The notes beneath the pieces were generated by a model. That model made no database searches. It worked only from the letters and a program-made list of their open reading frames with translations, and had not been told where the DNA came from. 64,000 nt of DNA from Trichormus sp. ATA11-4-KO1 (lineage in GTDB: Bacteria; Cyanobacteriota; Cyanobacteriia; Cyanobacteriales; Nostocaceae), in assembly GCA_019358915.1 (NCBI GenBank), contig JAHHIM010000065.1:288001-352000 (forward strand), read 5' to 3'. Positions 29,844 to 40,227 of this stretch are shown here, in pieces. Each line of letters opens with the position of its first letter. Within the stretch, counting starts at the first letter, position 1. A program made the translations under genes and the position numbers.

Positions 29844-31076
29844 CTATACTTTCTCCTTTGCTGGCGGCACAATATTACTTTTTTGTAAACCTGCATCAAT
29901 TTTTTTCAGTAGTTGAAAATCTTCTGCTGGTAAGGGATAACTATTACTGCTGAACAAACCTGCGCTGACAGTAGGCTGTTTTTCTAAAAAGGAGAATGCT
30001 TGTCGAAACTGATCCGGTGCTACTTTAATCGGTGAATTAAAATGACAAGGAATAATCCACTGAAAATCCCAACTTGCCAGATGATTAGCCCAGTCGATGG
30101 TTTCCCTCGGTGCGCGGTTGAGAATCAGTGTCTGTAAAATCGGTGCGACAAATAAACGACCATCCCCTCGTAGTGCATGAAACGATCGCTCCCAATCTTC
30201 CTGCCATTTAAAGGGAAATAACCCAAAATAAGCTTTTTTTGAGCGATTTGGGGCTTTAAGCGCATCGCGCAATACTTGACTCAATCCCAGTACTTCTAAC
30301 ATACTTGGTCGAAAGTATAGAGCAAATAGCGAGATACGCTGCCATCCCTTACGGCGATTTGCTTGATTATCGGCAACGATTGCAGATGCTTTGTCTTTGG
30401 CATGGAATAGCAAGGGATATGGATCTAATTGCACGATCGCAGGTGGATCTTCTGGTACAGAAATTACTGAATCTGTAACTAACAGCGTTTGCGATCGCTT
30501 ATGAAGAAATGCAACTTCCGCAAACCTTCCTGGCCCCAGCTCAATGGGTCCGAGAATTGCGTAGTCAAACTGGTCAGCAAATGGTGTTTGGCTGCTTGCT
30601 TCTGGTAGTACCTGAGTACGTTTAGGAGGTAAGCCCAGCCAACTAAGTGGTAAATTTAAGGGAAAGCTCCACTGATGAGGAGCCACAAAAATTTGGGCAG
30701 TGGGAAAGCATCTAGCAAAGGGGCCAACGAAGACTTTATGTTCTAGTCCAGAGATAGTTGGCAAAATAATGTACTTGATATCGCCATGTTCGGCAACCAA
30801 CTCTTTGACTAACCTAATACACTCTCGAGTTGGCGCTACGGGAGCATATACCAAAAGACCGCCTTCATCTAACCGAACTACGGTCATGCGAATCGGCACC
30901 ACCACATAGAAAATCCCCTGCAATTGGTCAAATGTCCAGATGGTGTCCTTAATTACTTCTTTGCGGATTGTCCGCCGCTTACCATATGGGTAGAGTGGCA
31001 AAGTAAACCAGAAAGACCATGAAAAGTCCTGTTGATGAATTGGTTCTGTATTTCCCACGTGTTCATCTAGAGCCAA
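29844..31076 (-). CDS. DUF4336 (metallo-beta-lactamase-like) protein
   Basis: IRMTVVRL, GLEHK, LLVTD and IIPCH motifs. Confidence 0.85.
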   Translation of the reverse strand: MALDEHVGNTEPIHQQDFSWSFWFTLPLYPYGKRRTIRKEVIKDTIWTFDQLQGIFYVVVPIRMTVVRLDEGGLLVYAPVAPTRECIRLVKELVAEHGDIKYIILPTISGLEHKVFVGPFARCFPTAQIFVAPHQWSFPLNLPLSWLGLPPKRTQVLPEASSQTPFADQFDYAILGPIELGPGRFAEVAFLHKRSQTLLVTDSVISVPEDPPAIVQLDPYPLLFHAKDKASAIVADNQANRRKGWQRISLFALYFRPSMLEVLGLSQVLRDALKAPNRSKKAYFGLFPFKWQEDWERSFHALRGDGRLFVAPILQTLILNRAPRETIDWANHLASWDFQWIIPCHFNSPIKVAPDQFRQAFSFLEKQPTVSAGLFSSNSYPLPAEDFQLLKKIDAGLQKSNIVPPAKEKV

Positions 31077-31504
31077 TCTGCGACCCCTCCCAAATTCCCA
31101 ATGCTCAAATTATTTTTCCGCACTCTCCATAAAGTTGGAGTTCAGCAAATTTTTGAGCCTACAACTTATGTTGTATCAAAAGTCTAGTATCTCATAACTC
31201 AGGCGGCAGACAGAAAACATCTCAAATCTGCCCGCAACTCTCTACCTTTCTTTGTAAATCTGCAAATTACTACTTTATAACTTAAAACAATTTACTAATT
31301 CATTTGATTTTTGGCATTATTTATACATTCGCTAATTAGTATTTTGTCTATTTATTTTATTGAAGATATAAGCTAAATCATTGACAATTTTTATGTTACT
31401 AAAATAGTATGTATGCAAATTCTAACTGCTGCATAGTAAAGCCCACGAGAAGAATTTGCTTGGAGAAAAGTAACAAGTAATAAAACAGAATTGGGATAAA
31501 GCTA

Positions 31505-31858
31505 ATGAACGCTAAAAATATCTCTGCCTTAGCAATTGTGGTAGCTTTTGCCAGCTTAGGAAGCCCGGTTCATGCTCAGTCACCAGAAGCACCTAATTCA
31601 AGTTCAGAAAGCCATACATTAACTGGTGATTCGCTGGAAGGAATTAGTACTAGAACAGCCCAAGATGATTTCGTCAATTTTTTTAATGGCAACAATTCAG
31701 CAGGTCTCTCTAACAATAGTGAGATCAATAATAATACCTTGGGTGGATTGCGGTTAAACGAATCAATATCACTGCCAAACACCCAAATATTATTGCAGCC
31801 GGCTCAGTCTGTAGATGGTAATGACGGAGTACAAGTACAGTTAGATTTGGGGAATTAA
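31505..31858 (+). CDS. Small secreted hypothetical protein
   Basis: Signal peptide ending VHA-Q; low-complexity body; C-terminal GVQVQLDL. Confidence 0.75.
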   Translation: MNAKNISALAIVVAFASLGSPVHAQSPEAPNSSSESHTLTGDSLEGISTRTAQDDFVNFFNGNNSAGLSNNSEINNNTLGGLRLNESISLPNTQILLQPAQSVDGNDGVQVQLDLGN

Positions 31859-31865
31859 TAACCCT

Positions 31866-31892
31866 TGTAGAGACGTTGTATACAACGTCTCT
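31866..31892. repeat. Palindromic dispersed repeat, possible bidirectional terminator
   Basis: TAGAGACGTTGTATACAACGTCTCTA perfect palindrome. Confidence 0.75.
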
Positions 31893-31971
31893 AAATTCTT
31901 TTGCGGAGATATCTATGTAAATTCTTTCCCATTGCCCATTTCCTTGAGTTTTTTTACAGGGAAATTTGCAT

Positions 31972-32070
31972 TCACTTAGTATCAATGCGACTGAAAAAAA
32001 CCGCAGCTAGAACAATTAAACCCAACAATGCCAAAGGAACCCAGAGATTAGGCAAATCTGATAAATTCAT
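31972..32070 (-). CDS. Candidate 32-aa single-TM microprotein
   Basis: MNLSDLPNLWVPLALLGLIVLAAVFFSRIDTK*; below the ORF-track cutoff. Confidence 0.5.
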   Translation of the reverse strand: MNLSDLPNLWVPLALLGLIVLAAVFFSRIDTK

Positions 32071-32148
32071 CACGCAGCTATTTTACTAAGGTTTCCCAAT
32101 CAGACAACAGGTGTAAACCCACAAACCCAGATTCCATCAGACTTTCTT

Positions 32149-32180
32149 AATTACGAATTACGAATTACGAATTACGAATT
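32149..32180. repeat. AATTACG heptamer tandem repeat (STRR type)
   Basis: (AATTACG)x4; the same unit recurs at about 56030-56063. Confidence 0.9.
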
Positions 32181-32233
32181 ATTCCTGTTCAGGGATAATG
32201 CCTTGTATACAGCAACCTGCACGGAGAAGATAA

Positions 32234-34768
32234 ATGACATCTCCAGAAATGGTTATATGGCTACAAGAACGCACCCCTTTAGGAATTCTCTCACCTGCGG
32301 TGCTAGATGCGATCGCCCAAATCATTGAAGAAAAAGTTATCCCAGCACAACACAACCTAGTTACCGAAGGTACTACCCCAGAAGCGCTTTACATTCTGCA
32401 ACAAGGTCAACTCGAAAGTAAAACTAGTAATAAAAATAACCCGGCTTTAGCTTGTGGTTTTCTCCCTGGTGCAGTTATTCACCTCAAAGAATTGGTCTTA
32501 GATGAATTAACCCCCAGTACAATCACCACCGTCACTGAGTGTTACTTGTGGTTGGTACCTGCGGCTAAATTTCGCACCCTAATCAAGCAATACCCCGAAA
32601 TTAATCAGGCGTTTTCCCGTCAATTAGCTCAAGAATTGGCGCAAGTCACATCTGCACTCGGCTATGAACAAGAACGTTCTGTAGCTTTGCGACCATATTT
32701 AGTTACCAAAGCCCAACGGGGAATTGTCGGTACAAGTCGCTATGCTGTGCGTCTGCGGGAGCAAATTAGAGAAGCCTCTAGCAGCAGTAAATCTGTAGAA
32801 ATCTTTGGGGAACCAGGCTTAGAAAAAGATAACATAGCCGCCCTGATTCATTATGGTTCTCCCAAACGGCGAGAACCAATGATTAAAGTTAATTGTGGCA
32901 TCCTGCAAACTAGTGGCATGGATTTGTTCGGTCGGGCTGGCGGCAAACCTGGACTATTAGAATGGCTAGGGGAAGGTACTATAGTTTTTAACAACATCCA
33001 AGATTTGCCCCAAGAATTATTACCGGCTGTGGCGCAATTGCTAGAAACAGGCGAATACTCCCCTGTCTCTCGTTCCGGAGAAACCCTTGCTACACCTCGC
33101 CCCTGTAAAGCCCGCATTCTCATTGTTTCCGAAAAAACTCAGCCGAGCATTGAACGGTGTGTGGGTATGGTGATTAAAGTGCCACCAATCCGGGTGCGGA
33201 AAACAGATATTCAAGCCCAGGTAGAATATTACACCAGTCTTTACGTGCGAGGGAAAGGTCTGCCTAAACCGCATATCACCCCGGAAGCTTTGCGGCGTTT
33301 ACAGTCTTATGATTTTCCTGGTAATCTCAAGGAATTAAAAAATCTCGTGGAACGGGCAATTGTCCAGCTAGGAGAGGGACGGGAGTTAACAGAAGAAATC
33401 TTCTGGTCAGCCCAAACGAAGAAAAAACAATTTCGCCTGAATCTTTTGAATGCTTATCCTGGGTTGCGGAAATTTCTGCGGAGTCCTTGGTGGCCCGATC
33501 GCATTAACTATGGCTTCACGGCGGCAGCTTTTGCAATTATCATCGGTATTTTATTTATCGGCCCCCAAACACGCGATCGCAATTTCGTTTTAAATTTCTT
33601 TTGGGCTTGGTGGTGGCCTTTCTTTCTCTTTCTCTTCCCGTTTTTAGGTCGTGTGTGGTGCGCCGTCTGTCCCTTCATGATTTATGGGGAAATTACGCAA
33701 AAGCTTTCTTTATGGCTGTTTCCTAGAAAACTTAAAGGTTGGCCGAGACAACAAGCTGAAAAATGGGGCGGATGGTTCTTATTCGGTCTATTTACCTTAA
33801 TTTTCTTATGGGAAGAACTCTGGAATTTAGAAAATACTGCCTACCTTTCCGCTTGTTTGCTGTTGTTAATCACAGCAGGGGCCATGATTTTCTCAGCCCT
33901 GTTTGAGCGACGGTTTTGGTGTCGCTATCTTTGTCCTATTGGGGGAATGAATGGTTTATTTGCCAAACTCTCCATGACGGAACTCCGGGCGCAGCAGGGC
34001 ATCTGTTCTGCCTCTTGTACCACTTATCAGTGTTACAAAGGTGGCCCCGAAAAAGGCGAAGGTATGGAAACTAATGGCTGTCCGGTTTACTCTCATCCAG
34101 CCCAGTTGGAAGATAATCGAGACTGTGTGCTGTGTATGACTTGTCTCAAAGCTTGTCCCCATCGTTCCGTGGAATTTAATTTGCGCCCTCCTGGGATTGA
34201 ACTATGGACAACTCATGTATCCCGCAGCTATGAAGTAGCATTATTGTTTTTGCTCTTGGGTGGAATATATCTGCATCGCTTACCAGAGTTGCAATCTTGG
34301 TTAGGGTTACAACTAGATTTAACTCAGTTTTGGCAACACCTGGGACTATCGCTGCTAACTTTAATTATCCCGACTGCTGTGATATTTGCAGGCTATGGCT
34401 TCATGAAACTCTTCAATTTTCGCCGTAAGCCGCGACCATTTGTCGAACTTGCCTATGGCTACCTACCATTGGTTTTAGGCGGTAACTTAGCTCATTACCT
34501 GCGTTTGGGTTTGGGTGAAGGTGGGCGGATTTTACCTGTAACCTTTGCTACTTTTGGTTTAAGCGGTGAACAATTACCAATTTTAGTGGCTCATCCGGCT
34601 GTAATTGACTTTTTGCAAGGTGTAACTCTGATTTTCTCAGTATTATTAACCATAGTGTTAACCCAAAAAATTGCTCGACAACCCATGCGATCGCTTTTTT
34701 GGCAACACCTAGTAGCTGTTGGGCTGGGAGTTAGTATGTGGGCAATTATCGTATCTTCAAGCTCATAG
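32234..34768 (+). CDS. cNMP-binding / sigma54-type AAA / 4Fe-4S membrane fusion protein
   Basis: N-terminal cNMP domain; GEPGLEKD, KVNC and YDFPGNLKEL; TMs with WCAVCP, WCRYLCP and CVLCMTCLKACP. Confidence 0.88.
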   Translation: MTSPEMVIWLQERTPLGILSPAVLDAIAQIIEEKVIPAQHNLVTEGTTPEALYILQQGQLESKTSNKNNPALACGFLPGAVIHLKELVLDELTPSTITTVTECYLWLVPAAKFRTLIKQYPEINQAFSRQLAQELAQVTSALGYEQERSVALRPYLVTKAQRGIVGTSRYAVRLREQIREASSSSKSVEIFGEPGLEKDNIAALIHYGSPKRREPMIKVNCGILQTSGMDLFGRAGGKPGLLEWLGEGTIVFNNIQDLPQELLPAVAQLLETGEYSPVSRSGETLATPRPCKARILIVSEKTQPSIERCVGMVIKVPPIRVRKTDIQAQVEYYTSLYVRGKGLPKPHITPEALRRLQSYDFPGNLKELKNLVERAIVQLGEGRELTEEIFWSAQTKKKQFRLNLLNAYPGLRKFLRSPWWPDRINYGFTAAAFAIIIGILFIGPQTRDRNFVLNFFWAWWWPFFLFLFPFLGRVWCAVCPFMIYGEITQKLSLWLFPRKLKGWPRQQAEKWGGWFLFGLFTLIFLWEELWNLENTAYLSACLLLLITAGAMIFSALFERRFWCRYLCPIGGMNGLFAKLSMTELRAQQGICSASCTTYQCYKGGPEKGEGMETNGCPVYSHPAQLEDNRDCVLCMTCLKACPHRSVEFNLRPPGIELWTTHVSRSYEVALLFLLLGGIYLHRLPELQSWLGLQLDLTQFWQHLGLSLLTLIIPTAVIFAGYGFMKLFNFRRKPRPFVELAYGYLPLVLGGNLAHYLRLGLGEGGRILPVTFATFGLSGEQLPILVAHPAVIDFLQGVTLIFSVLLTIVLTQKIARQPMRSLFWQHLVAVGLGVSMWAIIVSSSS

Positions 34769-34950
34769 GGTAACGCACTGAATATAAATGGCGCGTTATT
34801 CCACTGGACTGACACAGCTAAAAAGTGCATTAAAATTTTCTTGTGGAACAGGCATCTTGCCTGTTCTGGGCGGGCTAGATGCCCACCCCACAATAAGTTG
34901 TCAATTTAAAGGTCAAGTCACCACAAAAATATAAAAAGAATTATTATGGG

Positions 34951-34965
34951 TGGTAATGATTATCT
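34951..34965. promoter_or_regulatory. Probable Zur box
   Basis: TGGTAATGATTATCT vs consensus TGATAATNATTATCA (2 mismatches), just after a TATTAT -10-like hexamer and before a COG0523 gene. Confidence 0.6.
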
Positions 34966-34992
34966 AAATTGTGAGAAAAAGGCATTTAAAGT

Positions 34993-35964
34993 ATGTTAAC
35001 CGAAGAAATAATCAATACAGTGCCTGTTACTGTTTTGACAGGCTACCTAGGTGCAGGCAAAACTACTTTACTTAATCATATACTCACTTACGAACACGGC
35101 AAAAAAGTAGCCGTAATTGTTAACGAATTTGGGGAAGTAGGTATCGATAATCAATTGGTTATTGATGCAGATGAAGAAATTTTTGAAATGAATAATGGCT
35201 GCATCTGCTGTACAGTGCGGGGTGACTTAATTCGCATTGTTGGTAACCTGATGAAGCGGCGTGATAAGTTCGATCATTTAGTAATTGAAACTACTGGTTT
35301 AGCAGATCCTGCGCCAGTAATTCAAACATTCTTTGTAGATGAAGATATGCAAAGTTTGCTGTCTTTAGATGCAGTCGTAACTGTTGTAGATGCCAAACAT
35401 ATTTGGCAACACTGGGATGCAGACGAAGCACAAGAGCAGATTGCCTTTGCTGATGTAATTCTACTGAATAAAACTGATTTAGTGACACCTGAACAGTTAG
35501 ATGAATTAGAAAAGCGGATTCGGGGAATGAATGCTATGGCTAAAATCTACCGTACCCGCAACTCTCAACTAGACATGGATGCCCTATTGGGTGTGAAAGC
35601 TTTTGACTTAGATCGCGCCTTAGAAATTGATCCAAATTTCTTAGGTGAAGATGCCCACGAACATGATGAAAGTGTCTTTTCTGTAGCTTTGGTAGAAGCA
35701 GGTGCAGTCGATGGACAAAAACTCAATGCGTGGCTTTCAGAGTTACTACGTACCCAAGGCCCAGATATTTTTCGGATGAAAGGCATTTTAAATATTGCCG
35801 GGGAAGATAATCGATTTGTGTTCCAAGGAGTACACATGATATTTGATGGCAAACCCGATCGCCCTTGGAAAACCAATGAAACCCGTAAAAATGAACTAGT
35901 CTTTATTGGTCGCAATCTCAATGAAGCTCAACTCAAACAAGATTTTCGCGCTTGTCTAGCATGA
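34993..35964 (+). CDS. COG0523 / CobW-family metallochaperone GTPase
   Basis: GYLGAGKTT, VNEFG, GCICC, ETTGLADP and LNKTD motifs. Confidence 0.95.
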   Translation: MLTEEIINTVPVTVLTGYLGAGKTTLLNHILTYEHGKKVAVIVNEFGEVGIDNQLVIDADEEIFEMNNGCICCTVRGDLIRIVGNLMKRRDKFDHLVIETTGLADPAPVIQTFFVDEDMQSLLSLDAVVTVVDAKHIWQHWDADEAQEQIAFADVILLNKTDLVTPEQLDELEKRIRGMNAMAKIYRTRNSQLDMDALLGVKAFDLDRALEIDPNFLGEDAHEHDESVFSVALVEAGAVDGQKLNAWLSELLRTQGPDIFRMKGILNIAGEDNRFVFQGVHMIFDGKPDRPWKTNETRKNELVFIGRNLNEAQLKQDFRACLA

Positions 35965-35973
35965 ATTAGGGTA

Positions 35974-36118
35974 TTGGGCATGGGGCATTGGGAATGGGGC
36001 ATGGGGCATGGGGCATTGGGCATTGGTCAAACACCTACCTCATCTGCCCCATCCCCCTCATCTCCCCCATCCTCCCCGTCTCCCCCATCCTCCCCATCTC
36101 CCCCACTCCCCACTCCCT
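35974..36118. repeat. GGGCATG/GGGCATT heptamers and CCCCATC-type repeats (intergenic hairpin)
   Basis: Tandem G-rich units followed by C-rich units. Confidence 0.85.
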
Positions 36119-36126
36119 TTTTACTT

Positions 36127-37161
36127 ATGAATCTCACAACCAATAAATCCCAAGGATTTGCAGAACACTATTCAGGGACGCTTTCAGATTACGTAACGGC
36201 GATCGCCTGGTTGCCCCAAGGTAAAACTTTAGCTGCTACTTCTGCTGCCGGGGAAGTAGTACTATGGAACAATGGCGAACTTATAACCCTGCAAACTGGT
36301 AATAGTAAATCAGTAGACTGTGTTGCTTTTTCCCCAGATGGCAAATTTTTAGCCGTTGGTGGACAAAATGGACAAGTCAAAATTTGGCAGGACACCGAAT
36401 TAATCGCCACATTGGAAAATGCTCCTGCATGGGTAGACAAGCTGGCTTGGAATCATACCAGCAACCAACTAGCTTTTAGTTTGGGGCGTTACGTGCAAGT
36501 ATGGGACGCAGATACTCGGCAGATTGTCGTCACACTCAATTTTGACAACTCATCGGTTTTAGGTATTGATTGGCGCAGCGATGGACAATATTTAGCTATC
36601 GGTGGCTATAAGGGCGTGAAAATTTGGCACAGCCAAAACTGGGATCAGGAACCATATATCTTAGATATGGTTAGTGTCAGTGTCGCTATGGCTTGGTCTC
36701 CCGATGGCAAATTTTTGGCTTCTGGCAACATGGATCGGAGCGTTACCGTTTTGGAATGGGACAATCCTGATCCTTGGGTAATGCGTGGCTTCCCCGGAAA
36801 AATTCGTCAATTAGCATGGTCAGAAGCTACCACTAACCTAGGTGCGCCTCTGTTGGCATCCTCCAGTGTTGAAGGTATCGTAGTTTGGGAAAAGCTAGAA
36901 GATGAGGCTTTGGGTTGGGAAGCAAGAATTTTAACTAATCATGTAGATATTATTACAGCGATCGCCTTTGCACCCAAAAGTTTCCTGCTTGCTTCCGCCG
37001 CAGCTGATGGCTGGCTATGTTTATGGAACGAAGCCAAGCAAGTTTCCCAAGTTCTCACAGGTGTAGCAGTCGGATTTTCCAGCCTAGCTTGGCATCCCCA
37101 AGGTAAATTCCTGGCTGCAGGAGGCGATCGCGGCGAATTACTCGTTTGGTCTAAATCCTGA
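36127..37161 (+). CDS. WD40 repeat protein
   Basis: Repeated (F/W)SPDGKFLA..G..VKIW units; real start probably ATG 36127. Confidence 0.9.
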   Translation: MNLTTNKSQGFAEHYSGTLSDYVTAIAWLPQGKTLAATSAAGEVVLWNNGELITLQTGNSKSVDCVAFSPDGKFLAVGGQNGQVKIWQDTELIATLENAPAWVDKLAWNHTSNQLAFSLGRYVQVWDADTRQIVVTLNFDNSSVLGIDWRSDGQYLAIGGYKGVKIWHSQNWDQEPYILDMVSVSVAMAWSPDGKFLASGNMDRSVTVLEWDNPDPWVMRGFPGKIRQLAWSEATTNLGAPLLASSSVEGIVVWEKLEDEALGWEARILTNHVDIITAIAFAPKSFLLASAAADGWLCLWNEAKQVSQVLTGVAVGFSSLAWHPQGKFLAAGGDRGELLVWSKS

Positions 37162-37201
37162 GATGGCTAACTGGGGTGTTTAATTGTATTGATCTGCCCA
37201 A

Positions 37202-39535
37202 TCAAGCTGCCCTGTTGTGTGAATACAAATACTGCTGAAACCCAATAAATACTTCACTAATATTGGCAACGCTTCCTAGTTCTTCGACAGCATCACGAAC
37301 AGTATGGTATTTTAACTCCAACAGTTGCGGTAATTTAGTGCGATCGAGTTCTCCCACGCCGGCTTTAATGTATTGCTCTAGTACAAAATCGAGAAATTCT
37401 TGCTGTTTGCCGAGATACTGCGAGAAGATTAAGGACTTGTGAGCAAGGACACGCTCTCGGCGGCTGATGGGTGGAGAGGCATAGGCGATATAAGCCAGCA
37501 CATCATATAAATCGCTTTTCTCGGCATCAATCAGGCGGCTAATTTCTGTAAGTTGTTCCTCCCCGTAGCCCTTCTCTGCTAGTCCTTCTAATAAAGCTCT
37601 ACGGGTGTCAGGGCGGCTCCAGATGGCTCTTAATTCATCTTCATCTGTAAATAGTTCAGGAATTTCACCAAAGAGACGTTCTACAAATGCTGCGGCGCTC
37701 ATGGGTTTACCGTCTGGACTCCAGAAGGTGGTAGACATCTGATGCTGGAAGAAACGTTCTTTGCCATCAGCAAGTTTAATTTTGATTTTTTGAGGGCGGC
37801 GTTCTTCTGGAGTTTCCAGGCTACCTTTGTTAGTGTCTTTTATGAAACCTTTAGTTGTATCTGCACCTTCAGGCTTTTTGACTACTACAGGTTCTTGAGG
37901 TTCGCCATCCCACTCAGGATCGTTGAAGTGTTCGTAGGCTTTGACAAAATCATAAATAGTGAAGTAGTCTTTCCCTTCAAATAGGCGAGTCCCACGACCA
38001 ATAATCTGCTTAAATTCAATCATCGAGTTGATGGGGCGCATCAGCACGATGTTACGAACATTTCGGGCATCAACGCCAGTGGAGAGCTTTTGAGAAGTGG
38101 TGAGAATGGTGGGGATAATTTTTTCATTGTCTTGAAAGGTGCTGAGGTGCTGTTCGCCCAGTTTCCCATCATCGGCGGTGACGCGAACACAGTAATTAGG
38201 GTTACTGCTAATCTTCATTTGGTTGATTAAATTCCGCACAGCTAGAGCATGGGGTTGGTTGGCGCAAAACACCAGAGTTTTTTGATTCTGGTCAATTTCT
38301 TCCATGAACAGTTGCACCCGGTAAAGTTCGCGTTCTGCAATTTCGATGATGCGGTTGAAGTCGGCTTCAGTGTAGGTTCTGGCTTCGTCTACTGCACCTT
38401 CGATCAGTTCATCTTCGGTGCTGTAAATATATTCATCTAGAGTAGTTTCGATTTGCCTGACTTTAAAGGGAGTAAGAAACCCATCGTTGATGCCGTCTTT
38501 GAGAGCGTAGGTATAGACTGGCTCGCCGAAATAAGCGTAGGTGTCTGCGTTGTTTTTTCGTTTAGGAGTTGCGGTGAGTCCCAGTTGTACGGCTGGGGAA
38601 AAGTATTCTAAAATACCGCGCCAGGTGCTTTCGTCACTGGCTCCGCCTCGGTGACATTCATCAATGATGATGAAGTCAAAGAAATCGGGGGGATAGTCGC
38701 TGAATTTGGGTGTAGGATTGCCAGCATCGTCCCGTCCGGTCATAAAAGTCTGGAAAATGGTAAAAAAGATACTGCCATTTTTGGGGACTCGACCCCGTTT
38801 TTTGATGGCTTCGGGGTCGATGCGGACTAGGGCATCGTCGGGGAAGGCAGAGAAAGAGTTATAGGCTTGGTTGGCTAAGATATTGCGATCGCTTAAAAAC
38901 AAAATTCGCGGACGACGGGTGGGTTGTCGGCTGAGATTCCAACGACTTTGAAAGAGTTTCCAGGCGAGTTGGAAGGCAATGAAGGTTTTACCTGTGCCTG
39001 TTGCCATCGTTAACAAAATCCGGTCTTGTCCTTGGCAGATTGCTTCTAGGACGTGCTTAATGGCATTGTGTTGATAATAACGGGCTTCCCATGTGCCGCT
39101 TTTGTCTTCAAAGGGGATAGCAGCAAATAAATCTCGCCATTCATTGGCTTTGCTAAAGGTCGCTTCCCACAGTTGATCGGGGGTGGGATATTGCTTGATG
39201 TAGCCTTCTATCCCTGTGTGCATATCTACTTGGTAGATGCCGATGCCATTTGTAGAGCAGGCAAATCGAGTCTGTAACTTTTCGGCGTATTTTTTGGCTT
39301 GTCCTAAACCTTCGGTATCTTGTAAGTCACGTTTTTTCGCTTCGATGACGGCGAGTTTCTCACCACGATAAACCAGGACATAATCGGCGATGTCTGATTG
39401 AGCGCGTCTACCGTTGCCAACTAAGCGACCAGGGGCGATAACTTCGCGGCGAATGCGACTACCTTCGATAACTCCCCAGCCTGCGGCTTTTAGTGCGGGG
39501 TCAATTAGTTCGGCACGGGTTTCGGCTTCATTCAT
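37202..39535 (-). CDS. hsdR: Type I restriction endonuclease subunit R (EcoAI/EcoEI-like)
   Basis: ADY..IEAK nuclease motif; MATGTGKT, DECHR, GLTATP and QIIGRGTR helicase motifs. Confidence 0.95.
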   Translation of the reverse strand: MNEAETRAELIDPALKAAGWGVIEGSRIRREVIAPGRLVGNGRRAQSDIADYVLVYRGEKLAVIEAKKRDLQDTEGLGQAKKYAEKLQTRFACSTNGIGIYQVDMHTGIEGYIKQYPTPDQLWEATFSKANEWRDLFAAIPFEDKSGTWEARYYQHNAIKHVLEAICQGQDRILLTMATGTGKTFIAFQLAWKLFQSRWNLSRQPTRRPRILFLSDRNILANQAYNSFSAFPDDALVRIDPEAIKKRGRVPKNGSIFFTIFQTFMTGRDDAGNPTPKFSDYPPDFFDFIIIDECHRGGASDESTWRGILEYFSPAVQLGLTATPKRKNNADTYAYFGEPVYTYALKDGINDGFLTPFKVRQIETTLDEYIYSTEDELIEGAVDEARTYTEADFNRIIEIAERELYRVQLFMEEIDQNQKTLVFCANQPHALAVRNLINQMKISSNPNYCVRVTADDGKLGEQHLSTFQDNEKIIPTILTTSQKLSTGVDARNVRNIVLMRPINSMIEFKQIIGRGTRLFEGKDYFTIYDFVKAYEHFNDPEWDGEPQEPVVVKKPEGADTTKGFIKDTNKGSLETPEERRPQKIKIKLADGKERFFQHQMSTTFWSPDGKPMSAAAFVERLFGEIPELFTDEDELRAIWSRPDTRRALLEGLAEKGYGEEQLTEISRLIDAEKSDLYDVLAYIAYASPPISRRERVLAHKSLIFSQYLGKQQEFLDFVLEQYIKAGVGELDRTKLPQLLELKYHTVRDAVEELGSVANISEVFIGFQQYLYSHNRAA

Positions 39536-39540
39536 AGTCT

Positions 39541-40160
<620 letters not shown>

Positions 40161-40227
40161 TCAAATCTTATGTATTTGATGGTTAATTGGGTTTCGGCTG
40201 CATTCAACCTAATGGTTTGCGCTGCAT

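Noticed and set aside
33041..33274. GFTGA-like string in an antisense ORF of the AAA gene
   Set aside because: Wrong strand; coincidental
35974..36126. Gly/Pro/Ser-rich N-terminal extension of the WD40 protein
   Set aside because: Read-through of intergenic heptamer repeats; ATG 36127 is the likely start
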